DNA of 64,000 nucleotides from Macrostomum hystrix. Taxonomy: Eukaryota; Animalia; Platyhelminthes. Shown piece by piece: positions 35,631 through 45,671 of this stretch. The notes under the pieces were generated by a model. That model saw only the letters and a list, made by a program, of their open reading frames with translations. It ran no database searches and was not told the DNA's origin. The stretch covers positions 4,712,001 to 4,776,000 of the forward strand of contig CATNEN010000033.1 in NCBI GenBank assembly GCA_950097015.1, in the 5' to 3' direction. Position 1 is the stretch's first letter; every line of letters starts with the position of its first letter. The translations under genes and the position numbers were made by a program.

Positions 35631-38553
35631 CATAGACAAATTAATAAACGGGAGAGATCACAGATTCTATATTACCTAGATGCGTCACTCATACCCCAGC
35701 TGGCCGCTGCGCGAAAACCCAGGAATTTTGACCACAGACAAGTAAGTGCCTATGGAGCAAGCGATCAGCAATTAAATGCTTGCTTTTATTCCTATCTGAT
35801 TTTTTCACGATATATTGGACCTGATAGATACAGTGAGCCCATCATCAGGGACGAACAATGCAAAAAAACAAAATATCAAAGGGCGGATTGCAACATATCA
35901 TCAAATTTGACGATTGATTAAGCTTTAATTCTCAGCAAAATCGATACAGAACTCACAGCAAGTCACTGCAACTTGCTCAACTTGTGCTTAGCTGCAACGC
36001 AATCCCGCTCCCTCCGGATCGCCCTCATTCTCTGCCTGCACCAGTGATGCAGGCGAGTTCTGACGAAGAGTCGCCTAGCTCGCGCGTTGCCATCGCGCAA
36101 ATGCTCTTGGCAGAAAGGCAGAGTAACATCCTCTTGCTCAAATCGGTGTACAATCGATGCGAGGACGCCATCAGGGGATGAAGCGGCTGCCATCACTTGC
36201 CGGAACAGCTGCTCCATTTGACCCAAAGCAGCTGCGCATTCTTCTGTTGGCTGCGTGAGGCCGAACTTGGCGTCCGCGAAGGCCCTATGCTCAAATATTC
36301 TGGCTGCAGATTCGCTCGTCATGAGCAGCAGCTTGCATGAATCACAGTCGAACACCAGAAGCTTGCGCAGCAGCCAGCCGCCGATGTAGGGGGTGACTTC
36401 CTGCACTTCAACGACATCGCAGGCTGGTGTGGCTGCGGAGCTCTCCTTGGCGCCGTTCTGCGCTGCACAGGTCAGCTGCTCACAGCTGGCCGATGGGCTC
36501 TCGCGTGCAAGCTCGGAGACTGAGTGACAAGCCTCTACCGCAAGAGTATCTCCATCCTCTTCGCAGTTAGTGCCGCTTGCCAGCTTGCGCTCAATTCTGC
36601 CAGCACTGATGGATCGAAGCGCTTCTAGGAATGCCTGAAGCTCAGGCTTGTCGTTGAATCCGTTGCGCCCTCGCACCATTGAGAAGAAGTTCTGCAGTAA
36701 TTAAATTAGTTTGATTTGCTGAGTCAGTAGACCAAGCAAATTACCCTTAAGTAGCAGTCCCAAGGGGGCGGGAATTCCCCAGTGGGGGTGACAGGCCCCA
36801 CATGGCATGGAACATGTAGTTAGCTCGTTTTTTACCTGGAGTCTGTTGTCCGAGCTGTGTGCGGGACGTGCTGGCAATTTTTCTCATGGGGGGGATTTCC
36901 CCTTTAGCCTAGCCGCTCCCCTTGAGAAGCGCTGTGATTGTCTGCGCTTGGTTGCAGCTTTGCCCCTCCCCTCCTGAGTGCCGCTGCATTTAAGCATTTG
37001 TGTGCATTAAGTTCCCGCGCCCCCAACGCAACAAGAGCACTGCTGCTGAGCAGCACCACTGCGCTGTCCTGCCGACCGATTCCGGAATTGAATTTCCACT
37101 GATTCCCCGCATGTTTATTCGCGCTGCTCATTGCGTGCTGGGGCGCAATGAGCACGAGTGACTCCGACGCCCGTAGGTCAGCAGGCGGTGAGCGGGGACA
37201 CCTGGGTGAACACAGGTGCCTGTGCACACCCACGCTGGCCGCAGGGCTGAGAGCACCACTCTGCGCAAGCACGCAATGGTAAACCGCTACTGTTGCGAGC
37301 TCAGATGCTACAGCGAGCTGCGTGCTTGTAACACTAAGAATACCATTTCCTATCACCTCACATGCAGTATTACATAATTATTGCCACGAATGCTAGTCGC
37401 TCCCACCCCTTTTTTAATCTCCCGTTCCGATTCTGCACTTTCCTCTTTCTCTCTCACTTTTTGCATTCTCCTCTCTCCCCTTCTGAATTTGACACTCCCG
37501 CCCTCCCTCTCACTGCCTCTCCGAGTCGTTTTATCGCCTCGCCTCAGCTTTTCCGAACTTCCATCTCCCCTTCATCCCCACTTTTGTGTTAAATTCATTG
37601 AAAGGCTTATTTCATCTGCACATTTTCACTCACCTCGACATGGTCCTGTGAAAAGCGTCGCATGCACAGATAGTGGTGACCAGCTTGGCTCAAGCAGTGG
37701 GAAATGAGATGCTTCGCTGATTCAATCGACAGTAGCCAGGCCTCTTTGAAAGGCATCGCAGTCTTCGCTCGGCTACCGTTCAGTGGAATGAAGCGCCATG
37801 TCCGGATGAAAACCTCAGAAAACGAGGTTTCTGAGCCGTCAGGTGAATCTATGCGATGCAGGACCGGTGGATAGATGTTGTCAGCGATGTCATCCGGCAG
37901 TGGCTCAGGCTCCCAGTCCATGCGCTGCAATCGCGGAGGGAAAGTTGCAGGCCATGGAACGGCGTCTTTCCTCAACCGAGCCGAGCGCCTGTCACGTGGT
38001 GCGATGGGGTAGTCCGAGTCCTTAAAGTGCAGGCTGCAAACCTTCAGCCTACGGCTTCGCGCAGTCTGCACATCCATATTCTGGAGCTCTAGCACTCGAA
38101 TCCATTGCGCTGCCACCTCATCATCGCTCGGAAACTGATTCAGGTGCACAGCGAAGCCGTGTTGTGAAACTGGCGTGTTCTCCCTCGAATCACAAGCAGC
38201 AGCGCAGCAGCGATGCCCGCTCATCACTGGTTGGTGTTCGTAACCAGTTGTGGAGGATTGCGCTGTGCCAACCTTAAAATCTGCAGCTCTGCTTGCAAGT
38301 GAGAGACGATCATGGCTAATATAATATAATATAGAATCTGTGATCATGGCTGCCGCTTGACTGCAGCAGCGTAAAATGTCTGTGGCATAAACCCTGAGTT
38401 TTTCGCAGAGGCATTGAAAGCGGCAACTGAATGCATTAGAAATTGCTGCAGTGGCGCATCTAGATAATATAGAATCTGTGGGAGAGATAGTATTTTTCCC
38501 CAACTTGGCTCGGTATTGTGGAAAAAAGAACTATTATAGCTCAACAGTCTATG
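35631..38553 (-). mobile_element. Internally deleted P-superfamily (THAP9-like) DNA transposon, ~2.9 kb
   Basis: CATAGAC termini at 35631 and 38553 (inverted). 30-bp subterminal inverted repeat CACAGATTCTATATTA(C/T)CTAGATGCG(T/C)CAC near 35659 and 38451-38480. Flanks GTTCTGGC and GTTCTGAT (6/8 match, decayed 8-bp TSD). Encodes THAP and the transposase C-terminus. Confidence 0.75.
35963..38224 (-). CDS. THAP domain plus P-transposase C-terminal region, spliced, ~439 aa, central catalytic core missing
   Basis: Exon 1 is 38224-37634 (CCAAAC..QFP..W..VCSLHF THAP). A phase-0 GTGAGT..CAG intron leads to exon 2 at 36691-35963. The junction reconstitutes YLCMRRFSQDHVE|NFFSMVRGRNGFNDKP, the conserved QDxLENxF motif of P transposases. 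Confidence 0.75.
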
Positions 38554-38923
38554 GTTCTGATCGAAACGGAACAATCCCGAGTTTGATGCGATAGCTAAAG
38601 CGTCCGGGACAAATAAATATTTCTTCGTCCCGGACAAATAAATGCTTCAACACTAGACCATAGACTTATTTGACCGGGACAAGTGGGGGATAAATCTCTA
38701 ATTACGAGCTAGTTAAGAGTGCAACAACAAGTTGTCGCAGACAAAACGGGTTCATACCTTATGCTCCATGGCAAAAACATGGCATTAGCACTAACCTTAG
38801 ACTGGAAGTATTTTTTGCGTATTATCTCAAGCCGCAGAGCAGAAAAGCACAAAAAAACGATAGCCGAACTGCTCGGATAATATCAAGCCACAAGCGCTGC
38901 AGGCCACAAGCTCCCAAAGTAAA

Positions 38924-40164
38924 ATGTTTACGCTGACGCTAACGCTGTTCGCGTCCTGCGTAGGAATCCTTCTGATCCTCTTGGGCGTCATGGTCTTCCT
39001 GTTGGCCTCCGGTAGATTTTTCAGAAGCGATTCGGACCAAAAAGTTGAGTCTTGTATGATAAATCAGCCAACCTTCAGCTGCGCTGTTGAAGTTCTCGTG
39101 CTTGATGAGCATCTGCAGATCACCAACACTGATGTGCAGCAGATTCGCATGGATGGATCGGGTCTCGGTAGCGGGCTGCGACTGGTGACCGAGGAACAGC
39201 TCCAGCTGACACTGCAGCCCGATTTTTGCGTGTACCGATTGTTCTCCCTGGACACAGGAGATGAGGAGACAAATGACAAGCAGTTTCTGCAGATCAAGGT
39301 CGCGCCAGACTTTGTGGAGGTTAAACCGATACAGAAGCTTGTGAAGCAGCGTCTTGAGATCATCATCTGGAAACTGAAGCCGCACAAAGTGCGTTCAGAG
39401 TATCAGCTATCGGAGCGGCAGGTGTTCTGTGGCTTCCTGCACAAGACTGTGCACTGCGATCGTACCAAGGGAAGGTATTTCAAGTGAGTGGTCAGACCAT
39501 ATTGAATGCTTCTAGAATTCAGAAAAAAACATATCGATGGAGCAATATAGATTGCTGATGGTTAAGTGCTGTTTTTCACCGAAAAGTCAGTATCGATTTA
39601 CCTTTAACTCACAGATTCCTTGTGACAACAAAAGGAATGCAGACGCGCCAGACGCCATTCAATTATCAGAGCAAAAGCATATTAGGACTGCATGGGCAGA
39701 AACACTGCCTGCTGACCCTGCGGGTGGAGCCGGAGAGAGTCATGGCTGCCAACCAGAGTAGCCTCCCAATGCAGGTGGTCGTTTATCAGCAATCAGAGTC
39801 TCTGAAGCGGCGGCTCAGCCCAGAAATGCAGGACCTGCCGTTGAATGGGAAGTTCTCTTTCTCGATGCTTAGAGCCCACCCGTCGAGCAGCGCTTTAGAG
39901 AGTCCACGCAACGCGCTTCGACTGCACCTGAACGAGAAGCAGCTAATTATCAAGCCCCACTGCATGCTCCGCAGTCTGCCACTGAGCTGTGAAGTGTGCT
40001 TGCCTGATCCGGAAGGTGACTCGCCCTCGCAAATTGTGTCAGGCGAGTTCCGGACGCCTCTGCAGCTGCCGCGAGGGCCGCATCGATACGTTATATCGTT
40101 CTATCTGCACACGGAGACTGGAGAGTCTGCAGCTCGCTCGCGCTCTCCACCCTACTCTAAGTAG
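38924..40164 (+). CDS. Orphan protein with N-terminal signal anchor, 2 exons, ~366 aa
   Basis: Exons 38924-39474 and 39615-40164. A phase-2 intron (GTATTT..CACAG) joins the two ORFs in frame (GR|FLVTTK). N-terminal hydrophobic stretch of ~27 aa. No family recognised. Confidence 0.72.
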
Positions 40165-41755
40165 TCTATAGGCAGATACTGTTTTCTCGGGGTTACAGCT
40201 GTGAGGAATATTTTTAGGCGCCTTCTATGGGATTTCGACGGATATTTTTGTCCGTGCAAGAACGTAAGAATTAAATAATTCTTTTTTACTAACAAACTTA
40301 TTCGGCCCCGAAAAATCCATGTTTTATATATGCTCACGCCATTTCTGCTAGAGTCGCCCCGCCCTGTTACTCGTAACAATCGTTTGCGTTCGCAGTTAAC
40401 CTTCTAGTTGTCAAATAGTAAAATGTTCATACTTTTTTACTTTTCTTTTGTGTCTCGTGAATATCAGGCATTAGATTTTAAATCCAGTTAAGATACGAGT
40501 ACATTGTGCTGTGCCCCAGTCAGATGTGCGGTAATGCTCTTTTAAGTTCGCTCTAAATCTAGAAATTAATAACGATGCATATTAATTTGTTTAAAAACAC
40601 CATTTGTTATACTTCACCGAAACAGCCACCTCAATTTTACTATAATAATGAAGCTCCGAGGGGAGGAGAAACTAACTTTCACGACTGCCGAATGTTCGAG
40701 TAAATGACAAGCGAGTTCTACTCAGTGAATAATAAAAAACTTATAAAGGGAGTGATTGAGCGTCAAAATCATATATCTAGGGTGTTTTTTTCGACTGCTT
40801 AATTAAGACTAATTAAGACTGCGTAAACGAAAGGTAATTGTGTGAATAAAATTACAAATCAGTGCATTGAGTTAGGAATTGAGTTATACGAGAAGACCGA
40901 AATTTCACAAAGCCGAAAAGTAAAAATGCAGACCCCTTCACAAGACCGAAACTTCATCCCTATACTAAAATTCAAAACTAATATATATATATTAAGACCG
41001 AAACTTCACAACGCCTTATGAAGCGTCGTGACTTGTGATAAGGCGTTGTGAAATTGTGAAGCCACCCACCCCCAAATCAGTCTGCTTTGTCAAAACTTCG
41101 CTATGGTAAACAGAAATGGCAGAGGGGGATAGATCTTAGCTTTGGAGATGCGAGGGAGAGTGAGAAATAAGCTATTCTACATCCACCTCCTCCAGCAATT
41201 CTTAGCCTTTTGCTAAAACGAATATAATCAATAATGCGTACTCAGGCAAGGAAGCAGGACTAATCTGTACTTTGTTTGCTACGCACATTTCCAGACAATT
41301 ATACTTAAATTTCCAAGAAATGCTAAGGACAATTTCTGAGCTGAAATGCGCAGGGCGGGCGGCCGATAGTTCTATAAATAGAACTGTGTACCCTCGTTGA
41401 GTGTACGTAGTCACCCACCCCACTCCACCACAGTCCAAACCCAATTCAGGGCTGGAATGGAACAGAGCCTGTCTGCCCCACAAAACAAAGCCTTCGCATT
41501 CCGAGACGGGAGGTTGAGAGTCCACAACAAGCCATTTGAATCAGACAGCAAGCAAAACAAGGCGACATTATTTTCAAGAATAATCTTGAGGTAAATTGCT
41601 CCTTGCTCCTTCTCTTCCGTAATTTTGAATTTTTCTACATCTCTATGCTATATTAATTGAGAGGTGAAGGCGTAGCTAACAAATTGTTAATCTGTTAATC
41701 TGTTAGTTGTTACTTGCTAACCTTATTTTTTCTCAGAATCTGCACCCTAGACGCC

Positions 41756-42331
41756 ATGTTCGACCAACCGATCCGCATCTGCGCCCTCATCCTGTGCGTG
41801 TTGGCTATCGCAGTCAGCAGCACACCGGACATCATCGACGACTTAAAGAACACGCTAACTGGCAAGTCCAGCTCAGGAGGCAGTGGCGTGAATTTCAACC
41901 TGGACGGTTCGGGAGCCAGTATTGGAGTCATGAAAGACGAAAATATGTTCTACTATATGGAGTGCAGAGCCGGGGTGTCCACTGGCGGCCTCAACGCCGG
42001 CTGCCAGCGGGTCTGGAAGGCGCTGTTCTACGTCTGCGTTGTGGGCGGCGGTCTCCTGGCCGTCCTGCTGCTCAGCTGCTGCTTCTGCTGCTGCTGCGCT
42101 CCGTGCAGGAAGAAGCGCATAGTCACTTATCAGCCGGTAAGTCACATCAACTAATCAGTTGCTTCGCTGCTCTTTGTACACACAACTGACCCATTTTCAT
42201 GAGTCACCGCCTCACCCTGATTCCCGCAGGTAAGCCATCTGGGCCAGATCAGCAGCGTGGTTGTACATCCGCAGACTAATCCGAATCCGCCGCCGCCCAG
42301 CTACGGCGATGTGCCGATGCTGCGCCCTTGA
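41756..42331 (+). CDS. Small type I membrane protein A: two-Cys ectodomain, TM, poly-Cys, PPSY tail (160 aa)
   Basis: Exon 41756-42136 (signal peptide; C-x12-C; TM LFYVCVVGGGLLAVLLLS; CCFCCCCAPC), phase-0 intron 42137-42229, exon 42230-42331 ending NPPPPSYGDVPMLRP. Confidence 0.85.
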
Positions 42332-42865
42332 ATTTGCGCCGAAATTTGAAATGAAATCTGATTTTTTAAAAACTTGTTTGCGTCGGAGCGAAATGCAGAA
42401 TTCGGACTCCTTAGGTGTTAGAGAAGTGTCACATTATCACAGGAAAACATTTTTAAAGCCTATATGTTGCGGTAGCGTTTCTTACTCGTAGACTAATTTT
42501 GTCGTAGTTCTTAAACTTTACACTGACTTAAGGGCGTCTATCATAAAAAAATAATTTTGTATCATTTTAACTCGTCAACCCAGAAAAAGCTTCATGTTTA
42601 AACGGACAGCTAAAACTCCATTTTACGAGCGCGTAAACATTATCTAAGTTTTCAAATTTTCAGCTATTTTCGTTTTAAAATTGAAAAAATCCGAATCAGT
42701 AACTATTGGATGCTTGTCTCTTATAGTGTAGCTGAAAACAATTCTGCAAATTAAAATGTGTTTTAATTTTTAATAAACAAAACATATGGTATTATCACCA
42801 AAAAACTTTTTTATATTTTTTGTTTCTCTGCTATGCCTCTTTCATTTTACTCTTGATTATAAACG

Positions 42866-43332
42866 GGTTCTCCAGCCACCCTCCCAGATCCTCGGGTTCT
42901 CCAGCTACCCTCCCAGATCCTCGGGTTCTCCAGCTACCCTCCCAGATCCTCGGGTTCTCCAGCTACCCTCCCAGATCCTCGGGTTCTCCAGCTACCCTCC
43001 CAGATCCTCGGGTTCTCCAGCTACCCTCCCAGATCCTCGGGTTCTCCAGCTACCCTCCCAGATCCTCGGGTTCTCCAGCTACCCTCCCAGATCCTCGGGT
43101 TCTCCAGCTACCCTCCCAGATCCTCGGGTTCTCCAGCTACCCTCCCAGATCCTCGGGTTCTCCAGCTACCCTCCCAGATCCACGGGTTCTCCAGCCATCC
43201 ACCCTCCCAGATCCTCGGGATCCCCAGCTACCCTCCCAGATATTCGGGTTCTCCAGCCACTCTCCTAGATCCTCGGGTTCTCCAGCTACCCTCCCAGATC
43301 CACGGGTTCTCCAGCCATCCACCCTCCCAGAT
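42866..43332. repeat. 29-bp minisatellite (CTACCCTCCCAGATCCTCGGGTTCTCCAG)n
   Basis: About 15 units. Confidence 0.94.
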
Positions 43333-43507
43333 ACTTTAGCCGCCCTCTGGGGAGCAAAAGCAGGATTTCAGGATTCATACAATCCCCTCATTAAGTTCAT
43401 ATCGCAAATTACACTGGTACTCTCAAAAAGCTAATACTTTTGGGTCCCTTCTGTTGGCCCCAAGCCTAATCACCTCTTGGCTGGCAACCTAAGCAGACAA
43501 AACCTAC

Positions 43508-44270
43508 CCCCTCCAGCAGCAGAGAACCAATGTCCCCCCAGCAGCAGAAGACCAATGTCCTCCCAGCAGCAGATGACCAATGTCTCTCAGGAGCAGAGAA
43601 CCAATTAAATGTCCCCCAAACGGCAGAGAACCAACGTCCCTCAGGAGCAGAGAACCAATGTCCCCCCCAGCAGCAGAGAACCAATGTCCCCCCCAGCAGC
43701 AGAGAACCAATGTCCCCCCAGCAGCAGAGAATCAATGTCCCCCCCAGCAGCAGAGAATCAATGTCCCCCCCAGCAGCAGAGAACCAATGTCCCCCCCAGC
43801 AGCAGAGAACCAATGTCCCCCCCAGCAGCAGAGAACCAATGTACCCCCCAGCAGCAGAGAACCAATGTCCCCCCAGCAGCAGAGAACCAATGTCCCCCCC
43901 AGCAGCAGAGAACCAATGTCCAATGTCCCCCCAGCAGCAGAGAACCAATGTCCCCCCCAGCAGCAGAGAACCAATGTACCCCCCAGCAGCAGAGAACCAA
44001 TGTCCCCCCAGCAGCAGAGAACCAATGTCCCCCCAGCAGCAGAGAACCAATGTCCCCCCCAGCAGCAGAGAACCAATGTCCCCCCAGCAGCAGAGAACCA
44101 ATGTCCCCCCAGCAGCAGAGAACCAATGTCCCCCCCAGCAGCAGAGAACCAATGTCCCCCCAGCAGCAGAGAACCAATGTCCCCCCAGCAGCAGAGAACC
44201 AATGTCCCCCCCAGCAGCAGAGAACCAATGCCCCCCCTAGCAGCAGAGAACCAATGCCCCCCTAACAGAA
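43508..44270. repeat. 25/26-bp minisatellite (CAGCAGCAGAGAACCAATGTCCCCC[C])n
   Basis: About 30 units with a variable C-run. Confidence 0.94.
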
Positions 44271-44837
44271 GAGAACATCCATAATACTTGGGTACCAAAC
44301 CCCCAGCAAGAAATGTTTGAATCCCTCGATATGCTTCATACTCGATACTTCATGCTACCCCTCGAAAATTCATTCTACGTACTTCTTAATCATTCAGCAC
44401 TTTTCTTTAGTTTAAAAATTATAACGCTAAAAGCTACTTGTGCTGGAGCAGTCTTCAATTCGTTTAACGATTGAATAACGCTTGGATCAATGCTCGAGAA
44501 AATGTTACAATTTTAAATGAATAACGCTTTTAGCTGTGCTCAACATATTTATTTAAGTTCTGAATCTGAAAACGCTATGCTAAAAATATTCCCTTAGTTT
44601 TAGAATCAAATTACGCTTGCTGCTACACCCGGGGGAGTTATATTCTTACTCACAGCGATAAAGATAATGATAAACAGGAACTTCCGTTTTTACTGTTGGT
44701 ATTAAAAAATTGAAGGAAAAAGAAGCAGTTACAAACTGATGCTGAAATTAAACTCGCATTCTGCAAAATAATACAAGTAATAGTACTTTCCTGCGCCCCA
44801 ACAGGCAACCAATGCGCCCCCAAAAGGCAATTAATGT

Positions 44838-45260
44838 CCCCCCTAGCAGGCAAATAGTATCCCCAGCAGGCAAATAGTATCCCCAGCAGGCAAACAGTAT
44901 CCCCAGCCGGCAAATAGTATACCCAGCAGGCAAATAATATCCCCAGCAGGCAAATAATAGCCCCAGCAGGCAAATAATATCCCCAGCTGGCAAATAATAG
45001 CCCCAGCAGGCAAACAGTATCCCCAGCAGGCAAACAATATCCCCAGCAGGCAAATAATAGCCCAAGCAGGCAAACAATATCCCCAGCAGGCAAACAATAT
45101 CCCTAGCAGGCAAACAATATCCCCAGTAGGAAAATATTATCCCCAGCAGGCAAATAATGGCCCCAGCAGGCAAACATTCTTAAACTGATACTGAAAGGAA
45201 GGAATATCCCTAGCAGGCAAACAATATCCCCAGCAGGCAAACACCAGTAATATCCCCAGC
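44838..45260. repeat. 20-bp minisatellite (ATCCCCAGCAGGCAAATAAT)n
   Basis: About 18 units; shares CCCCAGCAG with the preceding array. Confidence 0.92.
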
Positions 45261-45671
45261 ATCTAGTATACTGTGATTTATTCTCTTTAGGAAAGCAGAG
45301 AACGAAAGTTAGCCGTACAGGATTCGGATGCCACGTCCCGCAACCATTGTTTCTGTGGCAGCAGATGTGACTTTATTCCTATTCAACGTGCGGCAAAATG
45401 AAACTTAAGTTGTATGGGAGGGCTGTCAGCTGTTGCAACCGCGTTGACTCAACCTAAAGAATTAATAAATAATAAATTGGCAGAGAAACTGAAAGGAAGG
45501 AAATAAACTGGCCAGTCCCTGCAATGTCAGCTGGACCTGTCGACACTCCTCATGTCCTGAACACTACTCTCTACCTAGACCTTGCAGTTAAAAAGGAGCA
45601 GCTTATGCGGTTAGTGCGTCTGAAAATGGGAAATTAATCCAAAGAGACATTGCAGAGAGACATTTGTTAGA

